Shown piece by piece: positions 1-11,178 of a stretch of 64,000 nt of DNA. The notes beneath the pieces are model-generated. The model saw nothing but the letters and a program-made list of their open reading frames with translations, was not told the DNA's origin and searched no databases. The stretch spans positions 9,862 through 73,861 of the forward strand of contig JBGPDL010000004.1 in the NCBI GenBank assembly GCA_041482275.1, read 5' to 3'. This DNA is from Gemmatimonadota bacterium. Lineage in GTDB: Bacteria > Gemmatimonadota > Gemmatimonadetes > Gemmatimonadales > GWC2-71-9. Numbering within the stretch: the stretch's first letter is position 1; every line of letters starts with the position of its first letter. The position numbers and the translations under genes are program-made.

Positions 1-2547
1 CGACCGTAAACGGACGACCACGCAGCGCCGGCGGGATGGTGACCGTGTGCCGCCCGGACGCGTAGTTCAACGCCCCCTGGCCCAGCTGCTGTCCGGTGGA
101 ATCGAAATCGGTGACGCCGAAATCCGTGAAGTCGTCCCACTGCTCGCGCGGCATCGCCACGTCCACCACGGCCCGGGCGGCCCACTCCGGCACCCGGACG
201 CTCACGCTCTCGGCGGCTGCGCCGCGCCCCGCCACGGCCATCGTGCGCTCCGCCCCCACGAGCGATGGGCGCGCCCGACCGGCGGCAGTCTCCGAACCCG
301 TGTTCGTGGCTTCCAGGCGCGTCGCCGCCTCGCTCAAGGCCACTGGGGCGAGCCGCGCGCGTACGGTGACCACCGCTCCCGCGAGGGGCGGCGCGAACAC
401 GTCCAGCTCGTACACCCCCGGGACCAGATCCTCGGCCCGTACCAGGAACCGAGCGGTGCCGGGCTCGGCGTGACCGAGCGCGACCTCTTCCGCGTCGCGG
501 AACGGCTGGCCCCCCGGCTCGTACAATCGAGCGGTGGCTCCCTGTTGCACCGAATCCGGGAGCGTCACGCTCGCGTCCAAGGTTGCTCCGGCCTGCGCCA
601 CGCGCAGGAAGTAGCGCTGTACGCGCGCACGGCCGATGGCGCGCCGCTCGTCGAACAAGGGCCTGGCGCTCACGTCCAACGGCACGATGACCGTGTTCGC
701 GAGCGTGAACAGCGGGCCCGCGAGCGTGTCGCTCGGATTCCAGGCGCGCACGACGCCGATGTAGAGCCCCGGCGCTGTGAGCGCGCCCGCGGCGTACGTC
801 ACCGGAATGTCCGTTTCGCGCGGGCCCGCCTGTATGCTGGATGGCACCGAGAGCCAGGGCACGCTGCTCTTCAGGAGGAATTCCGCGGCCCGCAGCCCCG
901 CCGCGTGCCGGACGCGGAACGGCTGCAGCGTATCCGCCGGCCCGGCGAGCCCGGACGCCCGGAACGCCGCGGAGCCCCCGGCGGGTGTTCGCACCACATA
1001 TGCCGACCCCTGGTGGCCGGCGACCAGCCAGCGGTACGCGGTCTCGAGCCGGGGGAGACCCGCGCCGTCGTCGATCACCGTCTCGCCGCCGAACGGGATC
1101 GCTGAGACGCGCAGCGCCTGCATCACGTCCGCCGCACTCACCGCGCGGCCCGACTGCTGCATTGCCGAGAGAAGGCAGGCGGCAAGGCCGGCCGCGTGGG
1201 GCGCGGCCATGCTGGTGCCGCCCTTGATCTCATTCGCGGTATCCCAGCGCGGGACGGACGAGAAGGCGACTCCCGGGGCCACGAGATCCGGCTTGCCGAC
1301 CTCGCCCCCGCGCGAGCTCCACCACCCCATCACGTCGGCCTCAGGAGGCGTGCCGGCCTGGGGAGGCCGAGCGAACGCCCCGGGGTAGGAGGCGCCCACG
1401 GAGAGCGCGAGATCCGCCGAGCCGGGGAACCCCATCGTCGAGAGGCCGGGGCCGTCGTTCCCGGCGCTGATCGTGAATACGATGCCCGGATGCGCCGCGA
1501 GGAAGGCGTTGACGATCGAGTCGATGACGGCGTGTCCTTCGAACTCGTTGCCCACGCCGAAGCTCAGGTTGAGGACGAGCGGCATGTTGCGTTGCTCGGC
1601 GTAGCGGGCCGCGTAGAGCATCGCCCGCTGCATGCTGCCGCTCACCGAGATACCGCCGCGCGCTGCGTTGGCGATCTTCAGGCCGAGGAGTTGCGCCCCC
1701 GGCGCTACGCCGTCGAAGCCGGTCAGGTTGAACAGGCTGTGACCCGCCGCGATGCCGGCGACGTGGGTGCCGTGGCCGCCGTTGTCGAAGAAGAAATCGA
1801 GCGCCGGGACACCGCCCACGTCGGTGAAATTGGCCGCCAGCGTGATGGGCTTGCTGCCGAGGGCGATCGTCTCGCGGCCCTCGCGATAATCGTGCAGCGG
1901 CATTTCGTCCTCGAACGAGCCGTTCAGGTTGGAGTCGACGAACGCCGCCCAACCGTCGGTTGCCTTGACCACGATCACCGGAAAGACGTCGGTGTTGTTG
2001 CCGTCGCCGTTCAGGTCCGCCCCCGGCACTTTGCCGAGCGGCAGCTCGCGCAGCAGTCCCGCGTACCACGTTTCGGCGCGCGTCAGACGTCCGATGCGGC
2101 CGGCGCCCGCGAGCTGCTGCCCGCCCACGGACACCGTACCGTCTTCGGCCGGCGTGACGGGAGCGAGCGCGACCCGCCCCTCGCCCGAGAAGTCGCGCAG
2201 CTCGACGACCTTCGGCGCGCCGGTGCTGGTCGTGATCAGTCCGTCGATGCCGGGATCGACGCCGGTGTCCAGAATGGCGATCAGCACACCCCGGCCGTCG
2301 TACGTCGGGTGCCGGGTCCGGAACTCGTCCACGCCGGTACTCTTCAAGGGCATCAGCCCCGCCATCAGCGCGACCGCGGGCGGGAGGGCTGGCGCACGCC
2401 CCGGAGCCGCGACCGCGTCGGCCGGCGCGGCGCCGGTGGCCGGATTGGGTGAGGAGGGCTGACGCGGCGTCGGGGCGGTGTTCGGGTGCGGGCCGGCGCC
2501 GCAGGCAGTCCCCAGCATGAAGAGAGCGGCGCAAAGGCTGCGTGGCA

Positions 2548-2551
<4 letters not shown>
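1..2551 (-). CDS. S8 (subtilisin-family) serine peptidase, predicted lipoprotein; C-terminal end lies beyond the window start
   Basis: Absent from the ORF track because it runs off the left edge. My reverse-complement read from the ATG at 2551 gives MMPRSLCAALFMLGTAC (signal peptide plus lipobox). It then shows ILDTGVD, HGTHVAG and GTSMAAPH, the Asp/His/Ser triad motifs of subtilases. The frame stays open to position 1. The start overlaps the upstream stop as ATGA. Confidence 0.8.
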
Positions 2552-4116
<1,565 letters not shown>

Positions 4117-4119
4117 CGG

Positions 4120-4149
4120 CGGAGTGCGGAGTGCGGAGTGCGGAATGCG
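4120..4149. repeat. heptanucleotide tandem repeat (GCGGAGT)x3 + GCGGAAT + GCG filling an intergenic spacer
   Basis: Read directly: cgg cggagtg cggagtg cggagtg cggaatg cg, lying between the stop at 4150-4152 and the TTG start at 4116. Confidence 0.9.
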
Positions 4150-4566
4150 TCAGGCCGAGACATGATCCGCCGCCCATTCCTCGATGTACTTGATGAGCTC
4201 TGCCGTCGGCGTGCCGGGACCGAACAACCGGCCGATCCCCTGCTGGCGCAGCGCGTCGGTGTCTTCCGGCGGAATGATCCCGCCGCCCGTCACGAGTACG
4301 TCCTCGCGCCCGGCATCGACCAGGAGCCGCTTGACGCGCGGAAACAGCGTGAGGTGCGCGCCCGACAGGATGGACAATCCCACGACGTCGACGTCTTCCT
4401 GGATGGCCGCCTGGGCAATCATCTCGGGCGTCTGGTGCAGGCCGGTGTAAATGACCTCCATCCCGGCGTCGCGCAGCGCCGCCGCCACGACCTTCGCGCC
4501 GCGGTCGTGCCCGTCCAGCCCGGGCTTCGCCACGAGCACCCGGATGGGACGTTTGGGCCCGGGCAT
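4150..4566 (-). CDS. B12-binding small subunit (C-terminal domain) of a split acyl-CoA mutase
   Basis: 138 aa. [20 protein letters not shown] contains the DxHxxG cobalamin-binding motif, and SILSGAH...VTGGGIIP is typical of the mutase B12 domain. Confidence 0.9.
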   Translation of the reverse strand: MPGPKRPIRVLVAKPGLDGHDRGAKVVAAALRDAGMEVIYTGLHQTPEMIAQAAIQEDVDVVGLSILSGAHLTLFPRVKRLLVDAGREDVLVTGGGIIPPEDTDALRQQGIGRLFGPGTPTAELIKYIEEWAADHVSA

Positions 4567-5678
4567 CAGCGGCGGAACCGGAGCAGCGCCGCGAGACCGT
4601 CCACCGCGCGGCGGGCCTTGTCGTCGTACAGCACGTCGACTTGCGCCCGCTGACGCAGAGCTTCCTCCACCGCCTCGTCGAGCCGGGGATCGTCGTCGTT
4701 GCCGTCCGCCAGCAGGGTGCGGACCTGACCCTTGGCCAAGGCCTTCACCGTGGGCGCGATGCCGTTCACGGCCCAGCCGGTCGCGACGCCTTCCTTCACC
4801 GCCTCGGCGTGGGCTTGCTCCCAGGCTCGCTCACGTTGGTCGCGCAGCAGCAGCGCGGCATCCCGCACCTCGGCGGGGCTCGCCTGCTTGGGATTGAGCT
4901 TGACCACGCCCAGCAGCAGGTCGTGCAGGTAGGTATGGAGGTGCGGGACCAGCGCGGCGGCGTCCACACCGATCCCCGCCACTGCGAGCCCGGCGAGTGG
5001 ACGCTGGCTGTGTATCTGGTAGATGTGATCCGCCACGCGCGCGTAATGCCGGTGCTTTTCCTCCCGGATGCGCATGTGGTAGTTGTGCTCGCCGTAGCCA
5101 CCGCCCAGCATGGCGCCGCGTATCGCCTGGCGCTCGCCGTGGAACTTGCCTGCGCGCGTCGCAGTAGCGGTGAGGCCCGGCAGCTCCGTGACGTCGAAGG
5201 CGGTGACCTCGAAGAACCGCGCGCCCGTGCGATCGCACGCAGCCACGAGGATCGTCCCGAATTCCTGCTCCAGCGCCACCAGTTCGCGCACCAGCGGCGT
5301 GGGGTCGACCCGGAGCCGCGAGCGATGCACGTGCGGCAACGGCACTACGTTGAACAATCCCAGCGGCTGGCAGGCGAACACGGCGATGCCCCGGGACGGC
5401 GGCAGGCGCCCCGGCTCGTCGAAGTAGCGGCGCACCCGCTCGAGATCCGCCGCCACGCCGTCGCGCACCGCGCGCTCGAGGCCCTGGCGGTCGAGCGCCG
5501 CAAGCGCCTCGCGCACCCGGTTTTTCATCTTGATGAGATACTTGCCGCGGGTCTTGTCCCGCGGCTCGAGCTTCAGGTAGCAGGAGACCACGCGGTACGG
5601 CCCCGGCTCGACCGCGGCGAGCCGCCGCAGCACGTCGCGCACGGCGTCCACGGTGCCCGCGACAGGTAGCGCGGTCAT
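4566..5678 (-). CDS. eRF1/Pelota/Vms1-like (bacterial aeRF1-type) protein of unknown function
   Basis: 370 aa with three parts. N-terminal [14 protein letters not shown]; central [22 protein letters not shown] (a GxxQ / Gly-rich loop where eRF1 has GGQ); C-terminal [25 protein letters not shown], which resembles eRF1 domain 3. There is a 3-nt gap to the upstream mutase stop and a TGATG overlap with the downstream start. Confidence 0.6.
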   Translation of the reverse strand: MTALPVAGTVDAVRDVLRRLAAVEPGPYRVVSCYLKLEPRDKTRGKYLIKMKNRVREALAALDRQGLERAVRDGVAADLERVRRYFDEPGRLPPSRGIAVFACQPLGLFNVVPLPHVHRSRLRVDPTPLVRELVALEQEFGTILVAACDRTGARFFEVTAFDVTELPGLTATATRAGKFHGERQAIRGAMLGGGYGEHNYHMRIREEKHRHYARVADHIYQIHSQRPLAGLAVAGIGVDAAALVPHLHTYLHDLLLGVVKLNPKQASPAEVRDAALLLRDQRERAWEQAHAEAVKEGVATGWAVNGIAPTVKALAKGQVRTLLADGNDDDPRLDEAVEEALRQRAQVDVLYDDKARRAVDGLAALLRFRR

Positions 5679-5681
5679 GAT

Positions 5682-7247
5682 CTAGAAGAACACCGGTTCG
5701 CGGTATGCGCCGTATACCCGTTCGAGCGCGTGCCGGATCTCGTATAACGTGCAGTAGGCGCGGGCGCAGTCGAGCATCGGGCCGAGCACGTTGTGGTCGC
5801 CGAGCGCCGCTTGGTGCAGCGCCTCCAGACGCCCGGCGACGAGCGACACATCGCGCTCGCCGCGCACCCGTCCGAGCCGGCGCCGCTGCGCTTCCTCGGC
5901 GTCGCCCGAGACCTTGAGGATCTCGACCGGGTGGTCGTCCTCGCTCAGGAAGTCGTTGACACCGACCAGCACACGTTCTCCCCGCTCGACATCGCGCTGG
6001 AATTCCTCGGCCGAGCGCGCAATCTGCCGCTGGAACCAGCCGCTCTCGATCCCCTTCACCACCCCACCGATCGACTGAATCTCCGCGAACAGTGCCTCCG
6101 CCTCCCGCTCGAGCTGATCGGTGCGCGCCTCCACGTAGTACGATCCGCCCAGCGGGTCGGTGACCTCCGGGATGCCCGTTTCGTGTGCGATGATCTGCTG
6201 CGTGCGCAGCGCCAGGCGGACCGCCTCCTCGGTGGGGAGCGCGAGCGTTTCATCCAGGGAGTTTGTGTGGAGCGACTGTGTACCTCCCAGAACGGCGGCC
6301 AGCGCTTGGTAGGCCACCCGCACCACGTTGTTCATCGGCTGTTGCGCGGTGAGCGTGACGCCGGCCGTCTGCGAGTGGAAGCGCATCATCCAGGAACGCG
6401 GGCTCTTGGCACCGTGCCGCTCCCGCATGTGACGGGCCCAGATGCGGCGCGCCGCTCGCAGCTTGGCGATCTCCTCGAAGAAATCGTTGTGGATGTCCCA
6501 GAAGAACGAGAGGCGCGGCGCGAACGCGTCCACATCCAGTCCCCGCGCCACGCCTCGCTCCACGTACGTGAACCCGTTGGCCAGCGTGAACGCGAGCTCT
6601 TGCGCCGCGGTGGCTCCCGCTTCGCGGATGTGGTAACCCGAGATCGAGATCGTATTCCAGAGCGGGGCGTGCGTGGCGCACCACTCGAACATGTCCACGA
6701 TGATCTTCAACGCCGGCTCGACGGGATAGACCCAGGCGTGCTGGGCCATGTACTCCTTGAGGATGTCGTTCTGCACCGTCCCGCGGAGCTTGTCGCTCGC
6801 CACCCCTTGTCTCTCAGCTGCGGCCACGTAGAAGCAGAACAGGATGGCCGCGGGGCCGTTGATGGTCATGGAGGTCGACACCTGATCGAGCGGAATACCG
6901 CGGAACAAATCCTCCATGTCGGCGAGCGACGAGATCGCGACGCCGCATTTGCCTACCTCCCCTTCGGCACGGGGATGGTCGGAGTCGTAGCCCATCAGCG
7001 TCGGAAAATCGAACGCGACCGACAGGCCCGTCTGGCCGTGCTCGAGCAGGAACTTGTAGCGCCGGTTGGTGTCCTGGGCGCTGCCGAAGCCCGCGAACTG
7101 GCGCATGGTCCAGAGCCTGCCCCGGTACATTGTCGGGTGGATGCCGCGCGTGAACGGGTATGCCCCCGGCGCGCTCAACGCGCCGTCGGTGTCGAAGCCG
7201 GCGAGATCCGCCGCTGTGTAGACGACTTGCTTCTCGATTCCGCTCAT
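5682..7247 (-). CDS. acyl-CoA mutase large (catalytic, TIM-barrel) subunit, methylmalonyl-CoA mutase family
   Basis: Trimmed from ORF 5682..7376 to the internal MSGIEKQ start, which overlaps the meaB stop as ATGA. Colinear by eye with MutB: [85 protein letters not shown]. Confidence 0.9.
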   Translation of the reverse strand: MSGIEKQVVYTAADLAGFDTDGALSAPGAYPFTRGIHPTMYRGRLWTMRQFAGFGSAQDTNRRYKFLLEHGQTGLSVAFDFPTLMGYDSDHPRAEGEVGKCGVAISSLADMEDLFRGIPLDQVSTSMTINGPAAILFCFYVAAAERQGVASDKLRGTVQNDILKEYMAQHAWVYPVEPALKIIVDMFEWCATHAPLWNTISISGYHIREAGATAAQELAFTLANGFTYVERGVARGLDVDAFAPRLSFFWDIHNDFFEEIAKLRAARRIWARHMRERHGAKSPRSWMMRFHSQTAGVTLTAQQPMNNVVRVAYQALAAVLGGTQSLHTNSLDETLALPTEEAVRLALRTQQIIAHETGIPEVTDPLGGSYYVEARTDQLEREAEALFAEIQSIGGVVKGIESGWFQRQIARSAEEFQRDVERGERVLVGVNDFLSEDDHPVEILKVSGDAEEAQRRRLGRVRGERDVSLVAGRLEALHQAALGDHNVLGPMLDCARAYCTLYEIRHALERVYGAYREPVFF

Positions 7248-8314
7248 CGCGCCGTCCCGGTCTTCATCTGATCGAGGATCTCCGCTGCCACATCGTAGGG
7301 GCTCCGGCGCCCGTCCGTCACGTCGTCCAGGCGCTGCGCCAGGAGCTCCTCGGCGTGGGTCGCCTCCATCACCCAACGCTGCACACTCCGTTCCAGCACG
7401 GCGCGGGTGCGCGCCGCGAGCCGCTGCCGCCGCCGCTCGGGCAGCTTCCCGGTGGTCTCAAGATAGGCGTAATGGTGGTCGAGGGCAGCGGCGAGCTCGT
7501 CCACGCCGACGCCCGTCGACGCAACCGTGGCGAGCACCGGAGGCTCCCATTGGTCGGACGGTCGGACCGCCGGACTGTCGGACCGTCCTGAACCACCGCC
7601 CTCCGACCGTCCGGCGATTCGACGGTCCGCGCGGTGGTGCGGCCCCACGTGCCGGAACGCGTTTCCCCGCCGGAGACCGAGCATGACTTCGACTTCTTGC
7701 CGCAGCCTGTCCCCCCCCGGACGGTCGCTCTTGTTGACGACGTACAGATCCGCGATCTCCATCACGCCGGCCTTCAAGGTTTGAATCCCGTCGCCCGACT
7801 CCGGTACGAGCACGAGCACCGTCGTCTCCGCGGTGCGCGCGATGTCGAGCTCGGTTTGCCCCACGCCTACGGTCTCCACCAGAATGCGCTCGAAGCCGAA
7901 CGCTTCCAGCAGATCCGTGACTTCCTCCGTGGTGGTGGCGAGCCCGCCGTGGGCGCCGCGCGTGGCCATGGAGCGGATGAAGACGTGCGGATCGAGGCTG
8001 ACCGATTCCATCCGGATCCGATCACCGAGCAGCGCGCCGCCGGTGAAGGGACTCGTGGGATCCACGGCCACCACGCCGACCGATCGTCCCTGGGCGCGGA
8101 ACCGCTGGATGAGGGCCTCCGTCAAGGTGCTCTTGCCGGCGCCGGGCGGGCCTGTGATCCCGATGCGCCTCGCCCCGCCGCGGCCGAGCAGCCCGTGCGC
8201 GTGCGACAGCACGCGCTCGAACCCGTCACGCTGGTTCTCGACCAGGGTGATGGCACGCGCCAGCGCCGCAGGCTCGCGCCGGGAGAACCCCTCGAGAATC
8301 CGTTCCACGCTCAT
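7244..8314 (-). CDS. meaB: MeaB/ArgK-type G3E GTPase (mutase chaperone)
   Basis: Trimmed from ORF 7244..8746 to [10 protein letters not shown]; the upstream 144 codons are Arg/Ser-rich shadow sequence. P-loop [13 protein letters not shown], then [10 protein letters not shown] and VVNKSD. Confidence 0.9.
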   Translation of the reverse strand: MSVERILEGFSRREPAALARAITLVENQRDGFERVLSHAHGLLGRGGARRIGITGPPGAGKSTLTEALIQRFRAQGRSVGVVAVDPTSPFTGGALLGDRIRMESVSLDPHVFIRSMATRGAHGGLATTTEEVTDLLEAFGFERILVETVGVGQTELDIARTAETTVLVLVPESGDGIQTLKAGVMEIADLYVVNKSDRPGGDRLRQEVEVMLGLRRGNAFRHVGPHHRADRRIAGRSEGGGSGRSDSPAVRPSDQWEPPVLATVASTGVGVDELAAALDHHYAYLETTGKLPERRRQRLAARTRAVLERSVQRWVMEATHAEELLAQRLDDVTDGRRSPYDVAAEILDQMKTGTAR

Positions 8315-8342
8315 CCAAAGTAACCATGCGCGCGGTGGTGCA

Positions 8343-9542
8343 TCACACCGGCTCCGTCCCGCGCTCGAGCGACACCGCGCGCACCGGCCCCGGCCGTACC
8401 GCGACGCGCTCGACCCGCGTCGCGGTGGCGGCGAGGATGTCGAACTCGAGACCTTGCAGCGTGAAACGCTCGCCCGGCCGGGGAATGCGCCCCAGCGCCT
8501 GCACCAGCAGGCCGCCGACAGTTTGGACGCCGCGGGCCTCGAGCCGCACGCCCAGCAGCTCTTCGATCCGGCTGGCCGGGGCGCTCCCCTCGATCTCGGC
8601 GATCCGCGCGGGTGGCTCCAGGCTCGGGGGCTGGGCGGCCGGCTCGAAGATCTCCGACACCAAGTCGCGCAGCAGATCCTCGAGCGTGACGAGACCGGCG
8701 GTGCCGCCGAACTCGTCGAGCACCACGGCGAGGTGACTCCGGCCACGCTGCATCTCGAGCACGAGATCGGCGGCGCGGGTGGTTCCGGGCACCATCAGCG
8801 TCGGCCGCACCGGCACGGCCGCGTCCGGGGGCAGCCGCAGCAGGTCGAACGCGTGTGCCACGCCCACCACCTCGTCGAGCGATCCGCGGTGCACGGGATA
8901 GCGACTGTAGCGCGACTGCAGGCACACGTGTGCCGCCTCGGCTGCGGGCAGCCCCTCCGGGATCGCCACGATGGACGTGCGGGGCGTCATCAATTCCCGG
9001 ACGGGCCGGTCCGCGAACGCCAGCACGCCGGATACGACGGCCATCTCGTCGGCGGAGGCCAGCGCTTCCGTGTCGGCGCTCGTGAGCACCGCGGCCAGCG
9101 TGGTGCGCCGCGAGGGGTCGCGCCAGGGCACGAACGGCGCCAACACCCGGCCGAGCTTCTCGAGTCGTGGCGCCGCATGCGCCACGATCGGCTCCGCCCA
9201 GCGCCGGCCTACCACGCGGGGCACGAGGTACGCCACGCTCACGAGCAGGGGCACGCCCAGGGCGACGGTGAAGACGCCGAGCACCGTCGGCGTGGTGCGG
9301 GCCAGGAGCGCCGGAATGACGGCGGCCGCGCACACGGTGCCGATGGTGCTGAGCGCGTTCGCCGTGGCGAGCACCCGCCCGGGGTTCTCGAGCACGCCGG
9401 CCGCTCCGCCCGCGCCGCGCAGCTTGTACGACACCCAGCGCGTCAGCTCGAGCTGGCTCACGGCCGCGGCGGCGACGCCTGTCGCCGCGGCCGTCACCGC
9501 GAGCACCAGCCCAGAGGTGAGCAACACCACGGGCAGGATCAC
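8343..9542 (-). CDS. CNNM/CorC-HlyC family transporter (DUF21 membrane domain + CBS pair + CorC_HlyC)
   Basis: 399 aa. N-terminal TM helices, then VRELMTPRTSIVAI, HLAVVLDEFGGTAGLVTLEDLL and a C-terminal GERFTLQGLEFDIL. GTGA overlap with the upstream gene. Confidence 0.85.
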   Translation of the reverse strand: MILPVVLLTSGLVLAVTAAATGVAAAAVSQLELTRWVSYKLRGAGGAAGVLENPGRVLATANALSTIGTVCAAAVIPALLARTTPTVLGVFTVALGVPLLVSVAYLVPRVVGRRWAEPIVAHAAPRLEKLGRVLAPFVPWRDPSRRTTLAAVLTSADTEALASADEMAVVSGVLAFADRPVRELMTPRTSIVAIPEGLPAAEAAHVCLQSRYSRYPVHRGSLDEVVGVAHAFDLLRLPPDAAVPVRPTLMVPGTTRAADLVLEMQRGRSHLAVVLDEFGGTAGLVTLEDLLRDLVSEIFEPAAQPPSLEPPARIAEIEGSAPASRIEELLGVRLEARGVQTVGGLLVQALGRIPRPGERFTLQGLEFDILAATATRVERVAVRPGPVRAVSLERGTEPV

Positions 9543-10726
9543 GGCTGCCTCTGTACCACGACCCGCGTCACGCGGCGCCGGTCCACCCGGTCGACCACCA
9601 ACTGGTAGCCGTCCAGCGTCACCTCATCGCCCGCCCGCGGCACGCGGCCCAGCGCGGAGTACACCAGTCCGCCGACGGTCGATACCTCCGGGTGCTCGAA
9701 GGTGCGGCCCAGGGCAGCGGAGAGATCGTCGAGCGTGACCCGTCCGTCCACCCAGTAACGATCGCCGTCCTGGCGAATAGCGGGGGCCTCGCTCAAGTCG
9801 TGCTCGTCACGAATCTCCCCGACGATTTCCTCCAGGATGTCCTCGAGCGTGATGAGACCTGACGTCCCGCCGAATTCGTCCACGACGATCGCCAGATGGG
9901 ACGGGCCACGCTGGAAGTCGCGCAGCTGGCTGTCGAGCGTCTTGGTCTCGGGTACGTAGGTCGCGGGCCGTACCAGATCCTGCCAGCGCGCTCCCACCGC
10001 AGGCTCGCCCAGGCCCATCGCGAACGGGACGAAATCCTTCGCGAACACGATGCCCACGATGTTGTCCGACGTGCCGTCGTACACGGGGAGCCGCGTGTGC
10101 TCGCTCTGATGGAACGCCTCGACCACATCGTCGGCCGCCGCCGTCAGGTCGACGGCCACCATGTCGAGGCGCGGCGTCATGACCTCGTCCACCCGCGTGT
10201 CGGCCATCGTAAACACGCCGAGCAGCATGTCGCGCTGCGCCACGCCCAAGTCCGGCGCGAGCGGACGCGGCGTCGCGACCAGACCGTGGAGACCCCTATC
10301 GATCCAGCCGAGCAGCCAGAGCAGCGGGCCAAACGGGGCGAGCGTGCGCCGGGCGAGCGGGAGCGCGACCGCCGCCAGCTCCGGCGCGACGCGCGCCAGG
10401 CTGCGCGGCAGCGCGTCGCCGACGATGAAGAGAAAACCGCAGGCCACGGCCCACCGGGTCAGCGCTTCGGCCCACGGCCGGCGCCACCAGTCGACCGCAT
10501 CGCCAGCGGCGACGGCGCCAAGGATCAGCAGCGCCAGGCGGGCCACGTACAGCGCCCGGTGCAGCGGTACCCGCCCTCCTACCGTCGCCGGCGGTGCATC
10601 ACCGAGCGTGTGGAGCGCTTCGCCTACCGCGGCCTCCTCGCCCAGCGCCAGCAGGCCGGCCCAGAGTCCCGCGGCGCCCGCGACCAGCGCCTGCCCGAAC
10701 GTCAGCGCCACACCGGTCAGCGTCAC
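9539..10726 (-). CDS. CNNM/CorC-HlyC family transporter, second tandem paralogue
   Basis: ORF 9539..10774 trimmed to the GTG at 10726, which overlaps the ybeY stop as GTGA. VDEVMTPRLDMVAV, HLAIVVDEFGGTSGLITLEDILEEIVGEI, GDEVTLDGYQLVVD. Confidence 0.8.
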   Translation of the reverse strand: MTLTGVALTFGQALVAGAAGLWAGLLALGEEAAVGEALHTLGDAPPATVGGRVPLHRALYVARLALLILGAVAAGDAVDWWRRPWAEALTRWAVACGFLFIVGDALPRSLARVAPELAAVALPLARRTLAPFGPLLWLLGWIDRGLHGLVATPRPLAPDLGVAQRDMLLGVFTMADTRVDEVMTPRLDMVAVDLTAAADDVVEAFHQSEHTRLPVYDGTSDNIVGIVFAKDFVPFAMGLGEPAVGARWQDLVRPATYVPETKTLDSQLRDFQRGPSHLAIVVDEFGGTSGLITLEDILEEIVGEIRDEHDLSEAPAIRQDGDRYWVDGRVTLDDLSAALGRTFEHPEVSTVGGLVYSALGRVPRAGDEVTLDGYQLVVDRVDRRRVTRVVVQRQP

Positions 10727-11178
10727 CGGCCCGCACTCACGAGGCGGCGCACGTAGCGCTCCTGACGACGCCACATAGGGGAGCGCGCCCGGCCCGGTCC
10801 TTCAGGATGATCGTATCCCAACACGTGCAGGGTGCCGTGCACCGCGAGGCGAATCAGCTCCTCCTCCACCCCTCCCGATTCCCCCTCCCTCTGTCCTCCC
10901 GTCATCACCCAGCGCTCGGCCGCCATCGGGCAGATGTATACGTCGCCGAGCAGCGCGCCGTCGGGCTGCGGCAGCGCGAACGCCAGTACGTCGGTCAAGC
11001 TCCGGCGGCCGGTCACCCGGCGGTTCAGTCGGCGCATGGCCGGGACGTCGAGCAACGTCAGCTCGACGTGCGCGGCGCGCGCCCCTTCCCACGCCAGCAC
11101 GCGCTGCGCGGCCGCCGCGAGCCGCGCCCGCCCGTCACGCCTTGGCTGCGGGCTGCCACGTCGCCGTGATGCCGCCAC
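10723..11178 (-). CDS. ybeY: rRNA maturation endoribonuclease YbeY
   Basis: 151 aa with the zinc motif HGTLHVLGYDH. The start is uncertain: 11178 overlaps the upstream gene by 44 nt, and an in-frame GTG near 11100 is an alternative. Confidence 0.85.
   Translation of the reverse strand: MAASRRRGSPQPRRDGRARLAAAAQRVLAWEGARAAHVELTLLDVPAMRRLNRRVTGRRSLTDVLAFALPQPDGALLGDVYICPMAAERWVMTGGQREGESGGVEEELIRLAVHGTLHVLGYDHPEGPGRARSPMWRRQERYVRRLVSAGR

Noticed and set aside
7244-8746. N-terminal extensions offered by the ORF track for meaB (to 8746), panC (to 19687), the GGDEF gene (to 49471), lysA (to 54595), purL (from 38614), psd (from 34955), lexA (from 29748) and the mutase (to 7376)
   Set aside because: In each case the extension overlaps the preceding gene in another frame and is Arg/Ser/Pro-rich. 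The homologous protein begins at an internal ATG or GTG that forms a 1-4 nt overlap with the upstream stop.
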